Below are positions 16,259-26,718 of a DNA stretch of 64,000 nucleotides, piece after piece. Location of the stretch: IMG/VR virus record IMGVR_UViG_3300043409_000928, positions 62,001 through 126,000 of that record, one strand, 5' to 3'. The notes under the pieces were generated by a model. That model was given only the letters and a program-made list of their open reading frames with translations, did no database searches and was not told where the DNA came from. Each line of letters opens with the position of its first letter. Within the stretch, counting starts at the first letter, position 1. Both the position numbers and the translations under genes were made by a program.

Positions 16259-19200
16259 ATGTCAACTCGTAAAATTAATACCATCAAGGTAAACGATGTA
16301 ACACCAACCGACCACTTGGGACGGTTAGGTGAAATCACCTACAGAGACGGATACTTGTACTACCACGATGGTGTCACCCCAGGTGGTGAACTAATCAGTG
16401 GTGGCAGTGGTGGCGGAGGCGGACCTACAAGCTGGAGTAGCGTTACAGGCAAGCCCAGCTTTGCCACTGTTGCTACAAGCGGATCTTATGCTGACTTAAC
16501 TGGCAAACCAAGTATCCCAAGTAAAGTAAGCGACTTAACAAACGACAGTGGGTTTATTACCAGTGTTGCCTGGACGGATGTCTCTGACAAGCCAGCATTG
16601 TTCTCAGGTGCCTACACAGACTTAACTGGAAAACCAGCATTGTTCAGTGGCGACTACGATGACTTGACCAACAAGCCAACATTGACCACGGGACCTGCTG
16701 GTAATGATGGCGCCGCAGGCGCACAGGGACCACAAGGCGAACCAGGAGCCGCAGGCGCACAGGGACCTGCTGGTAATGATGGCGCCGCAGGCGCACAGGG
16801 ACCACAAGGCGAACCAGGAGCCGCAGGCGCACAGGGACCTGCTGGTAATGATGGCGCAGCCGGAGATCCAGGAGTAGGTGTACCGACAGGTGGTACAGTA
16901 GGACAAGTTCTTGCTAAAATAGACAGCACTGATTATAGCACAGAGTGGGTAACACCCGCTAGCGGCAGTGGCCCAACAAACGAAATTACTAACACAAGTC
17001 CAGAAGGCTCTATATATTCTGTTAGCGTAGGTACTGATGGTGTTGTTACTATGACAACTGCTCGTGGTGGCATTGAGTTCGGTGCCATGCCAGAAGTTGG
17101 CGGACCTTCACACTTCCACATCATGCGTCCAGCGGGACAAAATTCGTCAACTGATTTGTACTTTGGTGATGACTACAACTATGTTAAGATGCCAGGACTT
17201 TATGGATCAAATCCAACTACACAACAAGGTGTTGAAATTGGTTCCAGCATCAACGAAGGCACAGTCAGCGTTTGGAAGTTTGGCACAGATGGTACTACCA
17301 CATTCCCAACGCTAACAGTACCTATCAGCGACAATGCTAATCCAAGTGGCACTGGGCAAACTATAAAGTTCAGCGACTCCTCACAGCAGGCCATCATATT
17401 TGGACCAGCATCAACATCAGAAACTAATTCCGCTCAACGTATTATTATACAAGGTGCACCTGGATATACGGGAACTGGTGGCGAAGGTGGCGATGTTTAC
17501 TTGTGGGCTGGACCGGGCGGTGACACAGATGGTAATGGCGGTGATATCAAAGTCCGTGGTGGCTATGGCAATGGCACTGGTGGCGGTGGATACCTAAACT
17601 TCCAAGCAGGCGATAGTGCCACTGGTCAGGGCGGATACATCAATATTGAAAGCGGGGAATCTGGAACCCAGGGCCAGGGTGGTGATATTGATATTCGGGC
17701 TCGTAGTGGTGGAGACATTGATATCCGTGCTGATGGTGGCGGTGAAATAACACTACTCACACAGTCAGTAGGTGGAAATGAACACAATTGGCAGTTTGGC
17801 AACAGTGGTTCATTAACATTGCCTGGTGGTGGTATAATCACAGATAGTGTTCAAACTGTGACCATAAGTGGTGCTGGAACCTCAGAGGTGAATCAAACAT
17901 ACAACATAGTCTCCAATGGAGTGTATGTTGGGCAAACTGATAGTGCTTACCAAATTGACTACCCGGAGGCACCGTCTACCACATACAAACTACGCATCAA
18001 CACTGATGCCGGAGGGTTTTATGAATCTGAGGATCTTATCACCTGGACTATTGTGGCCGGTGCAGGTGGTGGTACAACACCTGTCCCTACTGGTGTCATA
18101 GTTCCTCAACGCATCACGGTCACTGTTGACTCAAGCAGTTGGAAGTTTGGCGCAGATGGTGATCTAGTATTACCCGCAGGCAAAACAATTAGAGACACAA
18201 GTGGCATAGATTTATTGGCCGACGACACAACATTATTAGAACCATACAAGGGCTTTAGAGCGCACTATGGTACCATGTACAATGGCACGGATGATGAAAA
18301 CGGTCCCATCAACAAACTGGTAATTTACAAATCCACAGCGTCACCTAGCAGTGCCATTGACACCAGCACTGAAAGTGATGACTTTCGAGTAACAGGCTTG
18401 ACCGGCAGTGATGTTGTGGCCATGTTGGTTGTTGTCAGTGATGGCACTGATTTTGAAATACAAACTCCCACTGCAACACTAAAGACATTTGTAGAAAAGA
18501 TCATTGATGAAGTTATCTTAGACGAAGGAGTCGAAGGTGATGTAAACACCGTGTCAGCAATGAGAACAGCATTCTACGCTAACTTCAGTAACTTTAACAC
18601 AGTGATTCCCAATGTAAAAGTTGACCTTGCGTTCTTCACTGTCAATAATCAGTTCAACATCAGTCCTCTATTTACTACAGGAGAAGGTGCAACATTTAGC
18701 GGCATAAGCTATAACATGGTCAACGACACGCTGGACTTGGGTAATTGGGGTCAATCAAATCCAGGTACACACGAAGTAGGTGACGTATATGTGATTCTTG
18801 GTAATACAATTCAAGATGCCAACAGTAATTTTCTTTTAACACCAGACAACGATGTTACTGTAACAATTACTGGTGTTAGTGGCGGCGCAATTCAAACTTA
18901 TACTGTAACAGGTACATTGCCTAGACCAGCAGAAATATGGCCAAGCACAAGTATCAGTGACGGTGGCGATGATGAATACGATGGTGCTAATGCTATTCAC
19001 ACCAACTTGGCCACAGAAATTAGTTACCGTGGCGGTGATGTTTACATTGAAGCAGATGAGTTTAACAGCAACGGCGAATCCACTTATGTTGTAACTTATC
19101 AAGCAGGTATTTTTGGTATATTTGCCACAGGCTGTGACATCAGCACTATAGGCACCAGCGGGGAGGGCGGCTATGGCAACGACAGCAGTAGTAGTGGATT

Positions 19201-20953
19201 TGACGGTGATGGCATTGCTGTCACTGGTAGCTTATATGGCGACAGCGAAAACGCAGTCGACATTGGTGACTTTGTGTTTACTAATTCCACACTTACTGCC
19301 ACAGGCAACGGTGGCGACATGTTCATCAAAGCAGGGGACGATCTGTGGCTGGATGCACTACAAGATGATGTTCATATTCGTGCCAGCGGTGATGTTAGAA
19401 TCAAAGTTGGCTATGATTTTGCCGAGGATACAGCACAATCTGAGTGGCAATTTGACACCGCTGGTTACATCTACTTTCCAGACGGTAGCCAACAAGGAAC
19501 TGCTTATACTGGTGACTATGATGATTTAACTAACAAACCAACTATACCAACCAGCTTCAGTAGTTTAGTCAACGGTTCTTTCACTGCAAGCCTTGGCACA
19601 GACGGCGTACTAACACTACCCGAAGGTGGCACTATAGATAACACACCAACAATCGTTACTGTTACAGTAGACCAGTTAACTTCTATCACAGCCTGGACTG
19701 GAACTTTGGTTTTTACTAGAGTCAGTGACATTTTATATCAAGTATTACCAAGTGGACCAACTATGGAACTGGTTGTCGATACTTGGAGACTGAGGTTTCA
19801 AACTGGTACATGGTACGAATCAACAGACCTTATAAATTGGGGAAATGTTGCCGGTTCATCACCTGCACCGGTTGGTACTCTGGAGATATTGGAGACAATG
19901 AACCTAACAGTGGATAGTAATGAATGGATCTTAGATAATAATGGCACATTAACATTGCCCTCAGGTGGCACTATCTCGGAAGGCGGTGGATTTACTGGTG
20001 CTATTCGACTAACGCCTGCAGGTGGCTCCAACGAATATCAAGCATTGGTAATTTATCCAACTGGCACAGGAGATGGTGATCACATACACTTGACCGCAGG
20101 TGGTGGCACCACTGAACTGTATCTTGGCAGTGACAGCCACTTTGTCAAGTTGGCAAATGATGGCGCTGTAGTAATACAGGCCAATGATGGCGTATCTAGT
20201 AATCAACAATGGCTGTTTGACACAGCTGGTAAACTACAACTACCAGCAGGTGGTGATATTGTTGACAGCACGGGCACAACAGTATTAGGTAGTGGAACTA
20301 CATTGCCCGCAAATGCCAGTGGTTATTTGGTCAACGATGGTGCTGGTGCGTTGTCCTGGGCCGCGGGTGATGGCACATTCAGTGGCGCTTACGCAGATCT
20401 AACTGGCAAGCCAACATTGTTTGATGGTGCATACAGTAGTTTAACTGGCACACCAGCATTGTTCTCAGGTGTTTATGCTGACTTGACTAGCAAGCCAACA
20501 TTGTTTGATGGCGACTACAATAGTTTAACCAACAAGCCAACCATCAGAATAGCTGTGGCAACTGGCAGTGGTCCTGGTGGCAACTTGCAAGCAGATTCAC
20601 TGGCCTTGGCTGGTCTTAACCCCACCGAAAACATACCATCAACTTGGGGTGGCGACCTAATACTTCAAGGTGGTGTAGGTGGCGCCAATGGTGACTTGTA
20701 TGGTGAAGTTAGAATCAAAAGCGGTACAATTGGTGCAAATTATGAATGGCACTTTACTACTGATAAGAAAATTAAATTACCAGCAGGTGGCGACATTGTC
20801 AACAGCACTGGTACCAGTGTAATGGGTGGTAGTGGTAGTTATGCTCCAGCAAATGCCGGTAACTGGGCAGGTACTGCTCCTACTACAATAGCCGAAGCAT
20901 TGGATCGAATAGCTGCCAAGCTTGCGTCTTCGGGTAGTGCTAACATGCCTTAA
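16259..20953 (+). CDS. Large mosaic tail fibre/adhesin with collagen-like segment, 1564 aa
   Basis: Start reassigned to MSTRKIN. G-X-Y repeats, FSGxYxDLTxKP repeats, repeated WxFxxxGxLxLPxGGxI motif, G/T/S-rich. Confidence 0.8.
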   Translation: MSTRKINTIKVNDVTPTDHLGRLGEITYRDGYLYYHDGVTPGGELISGGSGGGGGPTSWSSVTGKPSFATVATSGSYADLTGKPSIPSKVSDLTNDSGFITSVAWTDVSDKPALFSGAYTDLTGKPALFSGDYDDLTNKPTLTTGPAGNDGAAGAQGPQGEPGAAGAQGPAGNDGAAGAQGPQGEPGAAGAQGPAGNDGAAGDPGVGVPTGGTVGQVLAKIDSTDYSTEWVTPASGSGPTNEITNTSPEGSIYSVSVGTDGVVTMTTARGGIEFGAMPEVGGPSHFHIMRPAGQNSSTDLYFGDDYNYVKMPGLYGSNPTTQQGVEIGSSINEGTVSVWKFGTDGTTTFPTLTVPISDNANPSGTGQTIKFSDSSQQAIIFGPASTSETNSAQRIIIQGAPGYTGTGGEGGDVYLWAGPGGDTDGNGGDIKVRGGYGNGTGGGGYLNFQAGDSATGQGGYINIESGESGTQGQGGDIDIRARSGGDIDIRADGGGEITLLTQSVGGNEHNWQFGNSGSLTLPGGGIITDSVQTVTISGAGTSEVNQTYNIVSNGVYVGQTDSAYQIDYPEAPSTTYKLRINTDAGGFYESEDLITWTIVAGAGGGTTPVPTGVIVPQRITVTVDSSSWKFGADGDLVLPAGKTIRDTSGIDLLADDTTLLEPYKGFRAHYGTMYNGTDDENGPINKLVIYKSTASPSSAIDTSTESDDFRVTGLTGSDVVAMLVVVSDGTDFEIQTPTATLKTFVEKIIDEVILDEGVEGDVNTVSAMRTAFYANFSNFNTVIPNVKVDLAFFTVNNQFNISPLFTTGEGATFSGISYNMVNDTLDLGNWGQSNPGTHEVGDVYVILGNTIQDANSNFLLTPDNDVTVTITGVSGGAIQTYTVTGTLPRPAEIWPSTSISDGGDDEYDGANAIHTNLATEISYRGGDVYIEADEFNSNGESTYVVTYQAGIFGIFATGCDISTIGTSGEGGYGNDSSSSGFDGDGIAVTGSLYGDSENAVDIGDFVFTNSTLTATGNGGDMFIKAGDDLWLDALQDDVHIRASGDVRIKVGYDFAEDTAQSEWQFDTAGYIYFPDGSQQGTAYTGDYDDLTNKPTIPTSFSSLVNGSFTASLGTDGVLTLPEGGTIDNTPTIVTVTVDQLTSITAWTGTLVFTRVSDILYQVLPSGPTMELVVDTWRLRFQTGTWYESTDLINWGNVAGSSPAPVGTLEILETMNLTVDSNEWILDNNGTLTLPSGGTISEGGGFTGAIRLTPAGGSNEYQALVIYPTGTGDGDHIHLTAGGGTTELYLGSDSHFVKLANDGAVVIQANDGVSSNQQWLFDTAGKLQLPAGGDIVDSTGTTVLGSGTTLPANASGYLVNDGAGALSWAAGDGTFSGAYADLTGKPTLFDGAYSSLTGTPALFSGVYADLTSKPTLFDGDYNSLTNKPTIRIAVATGSGPGGNLQADSLALAGLNPTENIPSTWGGDLILQGGVGGANGDLYGEVRIKSGTIGANYEWHFTTDKKIKLPAGGDIVNSTGTSVMGGSGSYAPANAGNWAGTAPTTIAEALDRIAAKLASSGSANMP
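16691..16857 (+). repeat. 72-bp perfect tandem repeat (2 copies plus 23 bp) encoding collagen triplets
   Basis: Units begin at 16691, 16763 and 16835. Confidence 0.9.
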
Positions 20954-20958
20954 AACAG

Positions 20959-20981
20959 AAAAGCCCCGCAAGGGGCTTTTT
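20959..20981. terminator. Bidirectional terminator between convergent genes
   Basis: AAAAGCCCC-GCAA-GGGGCTTTTT. Confidence 0.9.
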
Positions 20982-21000
20982 CTTTGGAAGTTAAATTGAA

Positions 21001-21852
21001 TTAACCCAGTAACTTGTTTAGTGCGTTGTCTAATTCTGCTACTGCTTCGCTGACCAGGCTATTGTCAACTGTATCTGTATTTGGTAAAGCGTATTCGTTG
21101 ATGTCGGTTAGGTCACCTGTGCGAGCGGCTCTCTCCATCATTCTGCGAAGCATTATTACTTCGTTTCTACCTCGTTCACGAATTTGATTTACTTGTGCGG
21201 TTTCGCCAAGCTTTTTAGACCAGCGTAACAATTCCATAATTTCTTTACGGCGTCTGCTGATCTCAAGAATCTTTTCACCTGCATTGTCCCACGGCTTGCC
21301 ACCTGACTCAACATGCAATGCCATTACTCTGGCGCCCAGTAAATGATTGAATGGGAAACGAAAACGCTCTCCATCTTTTTCAATAAACAGGGCCTTGATG
21401 TTACGGCTACGGGCTCCAGGCTTTTCTTCAGTTACACTTTTAGAGTGTGCCAATCTAACCTGTGTGCCACCCAATGGATGATAGCTAATTTTTAAACTGT
21501 TGCGACTTTCTATTACTTTTTCAGTTCTGTGACTCAATTGCTTGGGCTTGATTTCGCCGTCATAACTGCGGATAGTTGTACCGTACAAATATCTACGGGC
21601 TATAGCTTGTATTCTTGGTTTAAAATCTTCTTCTAACCAATCGGTATCAGTTTTAATAGGATCGTACCAAATTTCAATATCGGTATTCTCGTGATTGATA
21701 AAAACCATTACGCCCAATTTTGGCAAATAGTTATATACAGCGTCGTCTTGTTTTAAGGTGCTGTTACCATCTTCATCCTGAAAATTAGCATCGTGGCTAA
21801 CTCCTGCTACACTGGCAGATACTTCCCTGGCTAAGTCTTCTTTTGTTGACAT
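21001..21852 (-). CDS. Hypothetical late protein, 283 aa
   Basis: Start reassigned to MSTKEDL, 5 nt after TAAATA (21858-21863). Confidence 0.75.
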   Translation of the reverse strand: MSTKEDLAREVSASVAGVSHDANFQDEDGNSTLKQDDAVYNYLPKLGVMVFINHENTDIEIWYDPIKTDTDWLEEDFKPRIQAIARRYLYGTTIRSYDGEIKPKQLSHRTEKVIESRNSLKISYHPLGGTQVRLAHSKSVTEEKPGARSRNIKALFIEKDGERFRFPFNHLLGARVMALHVESGGKPWDNAGEKILEISRRRKEIMELLRWSKKLGETAQVNQIRERGRNEVIMLRRMMERAARTGDLTDINEYALPNTDTVDNSLVSEAVAELDNALNKLLG

Positions 21853-21865
21853 AAATGTATTTACC

Positions 21866-23422
21866 TTATAAGAAGCCAATTGGCATAGGGCGCAGTATTT
21901 CTTCTGTCCCTGCATTAATAAGTCGATCGTATGTTTTAGCGTCCCAAGTCATAATAACTTCTACCATACGCAATACCAGTATAGTTGCCATTACCAAGTC
22001 ATCTGTTTCGCCATCTTTAGCGGCAAAACTTGCTCCGCGGGCAATAAAGTTCTTAAGTTCTCGTAGCAAGTTATGACTATAAATTGTCATCTTATCACTT
22101 TCTACATAATTCTTTAGTCGCATACATGCTGATATTTTTGTTTTGTGAGTAGTAGCAAAGCCGCGGCGCCCCTTGCTTTGTCCTGCTCTGCGTACTTCTT
22201 GCACAAATGTACCAGAAATATTTTGTTCTCCATACTCCCTTACACTAATAAGTGCCGCTTCACCAATTGTGTTGTTTTCTACTGACCAATATAATTCTGC
22301 ACTATTCCCAGTTTCTTCTTTTAGCCAATTTAAAATGGCAACAAGTGTACGCAATTGCCCTTGAATGTCGGTTTTATTATGTTGCCATTCAGCTATTTGT
22401 TCTAGTTCAGGTAGTTTGAATACTTGAATGGCCGCTGGGTCGCTACCTGTGCCCAAACTAGGATCCCAACCAATTACATACGCACCTTGCGGTTGTGGAT
22501 ATTTGAAAATTCTAACTTGTCCCAGCTTGCCACTGGGTTCTTTGCTTTCCATTGTGATTAACTTCATTGAGTTAACCAGTGTTTCGTCTGCAATGATAAA
22601 TTCACATTCGTGTTCGCGCAAGAAACGTTCTTCACCAATTTTAACACGTTCAGTTGCGGCCCAAGCCTCATCGCGATCAGGATGCGAGTTCCAAATAAAT
22701 TTAATGCTGGCAAATCCATTACGACCCAGTCCGGTGGCATTTGGATTACCATATGCATCAGTTTTCTTGGTAGCGTCTTTCCAAATACGTGCAAATTGGT
22801 CATCGTCTTGATTAGGTGTACTAGTAATAATACACTTACCACCTGTACTCAATGTAGGACTGATTGAAGTCCAGAACTCACTGGCTATGCGTGGTTTAAC
22901 GAATGCAAACTCATCGCAATAAATCAATGACAGTGACATACCACGTGCTGTTGTTTCTGTTGTTGTGGTTGATACAATACGACTACCATTGTCAAAGTCA
23001 ATACTACCTTTGTTGTAGCTTGTTGCACCAGCTTTTAAAAATGTTGGAAGTGTTTCGTATGTATAGCGAACCCTTTGCATAATCTCTTGTGCACCGGCAA
23101 ATTTATGGGCCGCAATAAGAATAGTTTGATCTGCCATAAACATTGCTCGCCAAACTAGGTAAGCGGCCGCACATGCAGTCTTGCCCATCTGTCGTCCTAA
23201 CATGTTGATGCTGTAACGATTGTTGTGATAACAATCAATCAGTTCACGTTGATAATCAAACAGCTTGAATTGAACTTTACCTCTGGTTGGATGTTGCACC
23301 CAGCAGTACGTGTCGATAAAGTATATAGGATCTTGAGCGCACAAGGCAAGTTCACGGACATTATCGTCCGTGAACTTTTCTACCTTGAATGGAGCCTTTA
23401 CAAAAGTATTCTCAAGTGCCAT
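21866..23422 (-). CDS. gp17: Terminase large subunit, gp17-like
   Basis: GRQMGKT, LIYCDEFAF, STP, nuclease motifs WDPSLGTGSD and DDLVMA. Confidence 0.95.
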   Translation of the reverse strand: MALENTFVKAPFKVEKFTDDNVRELALCAQDPIYFIDTYCWVQHPTRGKVQFKLFDYQRELIDCYHNNRYSINMLGRQMGKTACAAAYLVWRAMFMADQTILIAAHKFAGAQEIMQRVRYTYETLPTFLKAGATSYNKGSIDFDNGSRIVSTTTTETTARGMSLSLIYCDEFAFVKPRIASEFWTSISPTLSTGGKCIITSTPNQDDDQFARIWKDATKKTDAYGNPNATGLGRNGFASIKFIWNSHPDRDEAWAATERVKIGEERFLREHECEFIIADETLVNSMKLITMESKEPSGKLGQVRIFKYPQPQGAYVIGWDPSLGTGSDPAAIQVFKLPELEQIAEWQHNKTDIQGQLRTLVAILNWLKEETGNSAELYWSVENNTIGEAALISVREYGEQNISGTFVQEVRRAGQSKGRRGFATTHKTKISACMRLKNYVESDKMTIYSHNLLRELKNFIARGASFAAKDGETDDLVMATILVLRMVEVIMTWDAKTYDRLINAGTEEILRPMPIGFL

Positions 23423-23437
23423 TGCTGGCCTCCAATC

Positions 23438-24820
23438 TTACTTTTTACGAGCGATGTTTTCAGAAACAAACTTTCTGTATTCACCCATTGCAGTTTCAAA
23501 CTGTTCTTCAACTGTAACTGTGTGAGTACCATCACCCATTGGGTTTTCACCTTGACCGTTAGCACGGTTTGCGCCAAAGTCTTTACGGCCTGCAGCCTGG
23601 CCACGAGCCGATGGCAAGTTGTCAAACAACTTTGGCTCTGGCATACTTGTACCTTCGGGGCTGTTTGCAAGTTTGCCTTCTGCAATTCCTGCAAGAGCTA
23701 AAATACGACTGTATTCTTGCTGACCTTCATATACACCTTGGCCATATATATTGTTTGATATTGCTGGTGCGTCTTCTTTGACTTCTTTGTCTTTGTCTGC
23801 CCAATCAGGAATGCCATCACCATCTTCGTCAGGCTTCTTGTTGTCGTCTTTCTTTTCGGCTTTGTCGTCTGACTTTTTGCCACCTTTGGCAGCAATCATT
23901 TTTGCAAATGCGGCCTTTTGTGCGGCGCTTTGTGCTTCGTTGGTAACGCCAGCAAGTTGAAGGATACGAGCAGATTCGCCAGACGATTCATGTAAACTAT
24001 CAAATGCCAGTTCGTTTGCAAGTTCACCGTGCTGATCATTGAGTTCATCCATTTCATCATCACTTAGGTCTGTGCCGTCAGTGAACGAAGCTTGGCTGAT
24101 GTATGCATCACTAAAATCTGGATAGTCTCTGGAATCCACACCATCAACTTGAAGACTGGCTCTGTCAACTTCTTTGCCAGAAATCATAATGCCTGATGCT
24201 TCGTTAACATAACCAGATTCTTTAACTTCTTCTTCTTCTTCTTTTTCAGGAACTGCACCTGCTGGAACTGGTGTGTCGTCTTCGTGGTCGTCTTCTGATC
24301 CACCATAATTGCCCGGCCCTGCTTTGTGAACTTGTCCTGTTGGAGTCTGTGTAACTGTTCCACCTTTGGAAGTTCTTGAAACATCACCAACTGCTTCGTG
24401 GGCAATTTTTTCTTCTTGCTCATCTTCGCCGCTGTTGGACATATCGGCTACATCACCACTGTTGGCCATTTCACCACTGTTACTCATATCACCGCTGTTG
24501 GCTCCAACATACATAACTTCTGGTTCGCTTGCACCAATTTCTGCGGCATGATCAGTTATGTCATGGTCGCCGTCACCGTCAACATCGCCCATTGGGGCTT
24601 CGCCACCTAACGTAATACCTGCTAAACGAAGAATGTTGCCAATTTCGTCTGCACTATCTGTCGTAACACTAATGTTCTTTCCTGGCATAGAAATTGTTAC
24701 TGACATTTGCTCGCCATTTCCATCTGAAGTCATTTCCTGACCCTCCATGTCATCCCAACATTCTTCTATGCCTTCTTTGGCTAATCGAATGCCTTCGTTT
24801 AATTTATTATTTGTTTTCAT
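23438..24820 (-). CDS. Acidic modular protein, probable internal head protein
   Basis: Very D/E-rich, three ILxLAG(I/V) motifs, many (L/I/V)xE sites. Confidence 0.65.
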   Translation of the reverse strand: MKTNNKLNEGIRLAKEGIEECWDDMEGQEMTSDGNGEQMSVTISMPGKNISVTTDSADEIGNILRLAGITLGGEAPMGDVDGDGDHDITDHAAEIGASEPEVMYVGANSGDMSNSGEMANSGDVADMSNSGEDEQEEKIAHEAVGDVSRTSKGGTVTQTPTGQVHKAGPGNYGGSEDDHEDDTPVPAGAVPEKEEEEEVKESGYVNEASGIMISGKEVDRASLQVDGVDSRDYPDFSDAYISQASFTDGTDLSDDEMDELNDQHGELANELAFDSLHESSGESARILQLAGVTNEAQSAAQKAAFAKMIAAKGGKKSDDKAEKKDDNKKPDEDGDGIPDWADKDKEVKEDAPAISNNIYGQGVYEGQQEYSRILALAGIAEGKLANSPEGTSMPEPKLFDNLPSARGQAAGRKDFGANRANGQGENPMGDGTHTVTVEEQFETAMGEYRKFVSENIARKK

Positions 24821-25434
24821 TACTTTGTTCCTTTAGTTTGCACTTTAGGATTCTTTACAGAACTTAAAGGACTCAGGCTAGTTTTTACTTCAAAGTCGGG
24901 TTTGCTTTCTTTAGCATCAGACTTGATGCCAGCCTTAACAATATTTGCTTTGGCATCTGCGCGACTCTTGTCAAGATCTTTTAACAAATTTTGTGTATGC
25001 TTATCCCCAAAACATTCTTCTGCTGAAACTGCATTTGCTTCTGCCGCTGTGTAGTCAGTGCCTGTAATGGCTTCTACTTGTTCTTTGGCTTCTGCTTCTA
25101 TTTGTTGTTCCACTGGCTCATCGCGCCCAAATACTTTTAATGTACCCTCGGATGCAAATAACAATGTACGAAGTTCTGATTCCAGTGTTGGCATGCTGAC
25201 TGGCAACCTTGTTACCACATCCATAATAACAATTTCATGTCCAGCATACTGTGAAAAGTCCATTGGCTGTGCTTGAAGCATTAGTTTTTCTGGACGACCT
25301 ACTTCCAGTGCGTCATATTTCTTCATATGTCGCTCTACTATTTCAAGTTGACTTTCAGTTGGCTGAAAAACCATCTTGATACGATAGCGATGTTCTCGCT
25401 GTAATTGATTAATGTACTCTAATAAAGTGGGCAT
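24820..25434 (-). CDS. Hypothetical late protein, 204 aa
   Basis: TAAATA at 25456-25461, SD GAGGA. Confidence 0.75.
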   Translation of the reverse strand: MPTLLEYINQLQREHRYRIKMVFQPTESQLEIVERHMKKYDALEVGRPEKLMLQAQPMDFSQYAGHEIVIMDVVTRLPVSMPTLESELRTLLFASEGTLKVFGRDEPVEQQIEAEAKEQVEAITGTDYTAAEANAVSAEECFGDKHTQNLLKDLDKSRADAKANIVKAGIKSDAKESKPDFEVKTSLSPLSSVKNPKVQTKGTK

Positions 25435-25454
25435 AATTAAATCCTCTCATAAGA

Positions 25455-25961
25455 CTATTTATTGTTACCCGCACTCTTTAGGATGGCTTTGACAATGTCG
25501 TTACGATTTCCTGTAATACCTGCATCTGTAGCATCAATTACATTGTTCGAATCGTTACCTTTTTCGTTGTCCAGTCTTGCTTTACGCAATTGTAGTTCAA
25601 CCATTTTAAGTTTTTTGTCTATTTTTGCTGTTTTGGCGTCAACTGCTGTTTTAAGTAGCTGTGCCGCAACTTCAAATATTTTACCAGCATTCCTATCATC
25701 AACATTAAAACCCAAATCCATCAAGCGATCACTGTGCTCTTGTGCGAGATTGGCCAAAATGTCAAGCTCACGCTCAGCATTTGCCATATCTGTTACTGTT
25801 GGTAACGCCAAGTCAACACGATTTGCCATATCAATTGTAGCTATGGCAGTATCTAGTTCGCTCTGTATTTCTTCAGGTAGCTGAGAATCTTGAGTGTCTT
25901 GTTCGAGGTTAGCTTCATCAATCGGTGGGAAGCCAAAAACCTCTTCTAATTTTTTAGTCAT
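25455..25961 (-). CDS. Probable terminase small subunit, gp16-like
   Basis: Helical protein with FEVAAQLLKTAVD resembling the gp16 core, upstream of gp17. ATG lies 5 nt after TAAGTA. Confidence 0.55.
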   Translation of the reverse strand: MTKKLEEVFGFPPIDEANLEQDTQDSQLPEEIQSELDTAIATIDMANRVDLALPTVTDMANAERELDILANLAQEHSDRLMDLGFNVDDRNAGKIFEVAAQLLKTAVDAKTAKIDKKLKMVELQLRKARLDNEKGNDSNNVIDATDAGITGNRNDIVKAILKSAGNNK

Positions 25962-25975
25962 GCAATTACTTATGA

Positions 25976-26425
25976 CTATTTGCGTCGTTTCTTAGTCGGA
26001 TTGGCGTTGTTAAATATATCTTCTTCAGTTAGAACACGAAAAGTAGCACCCATGCGTTTGCACCATGCTCTTGCGGCTGTCCATTTAACCATATTAAGTA
26101 CTACTGCGGCCTTTTCTTGTTGACTACGAGCAAGTTCCATTACTGCTTGTGCCTTGGGTTTAATTTCTACTAACTCTGCTTTCCTGCCTGCAGGACCCTG
26201 ATACACTACAAAGAAGTCTGGCACATAAAATGTATCTTTACCAGTGAATGGATTACGATAAGGTATACGAACATTTTCGCTTGCCCAACTAACTACGCTA
26301 GGATGATTATCACAAAAGCGCATGAATGTCAATTCCCAGCCACTGCGATACTTTGGAGACCCGTTGCCCACATACTTTTCAGGGTGTAGTACTGTGTAGT
26401 TTCCTTGAGTGTAATTGTTTGCCAT
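25976..26425 (-). CDS. gp4: Head completion nuclease, T4 gp4-like (TnsA-type PD-(D/E)xK)
   Basis: YRSGWE, SWASE, YVPDF, LVEIKP, KWTAA, FRVLTE. Confidence 0.85.
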   Translation of the reverse strand: MANNYTQGNYTVLHPEKYVGNGSPKYRSGWELTFMRFCDNHPSVVSWASENVRIPYRNPFTGKDTFYVPDFFVVYQGPAGRKAELVEIKPKAQAVMELARSQQEKAAVVLNMVKWTAARAWCKRMGATFRVLTEEDIFNNANPTKKRRK

Positions 26426-26718
26426 TACAATTCACGGGCTACCAATCCTGACACAGTCTTTACTGAGTCTTTCCTGTATCGAATAGTGCTGGGTAAATTT
26501 TTATTAATTATATCAAGGATGGGTTGCTCAACATCAAGCTGGCCGTCACGAATGCTATTATCTAAGAATTTTTTAAAATCAATGTCAAGGTCTTGACATA
26601 ATTTCCAAAAAGATAATACCAAGCTTTCTGCAGGAGTCCTACTAAGTCCAATGGCCAGTATGCGTTGTACCGCTTTATCAAATTCAACTTGTGGTATTAC
26701 TTTATAATTCATGATCAA
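26425..26718 (-). CDS. Hypothetical protein, 97 aa
   Basis: Coupled ORF within the late operon. Confidence 0.65.
   Translation of the reverse strand: MIMNYKVIPQVEFDKAVQRILAIGLSRTPAESLVLSFWKLCQDLDIDFKKFLDNSIRDGQLDVEQPILDIINKNLPSTIRYRKDSVKTVSGLVAREL

Noticed and set aside
6933-23422. Inteins or introns in UvsW, RecA or terminase
   Set aside because: Lengths are ordinary and the motifs are contiguous.
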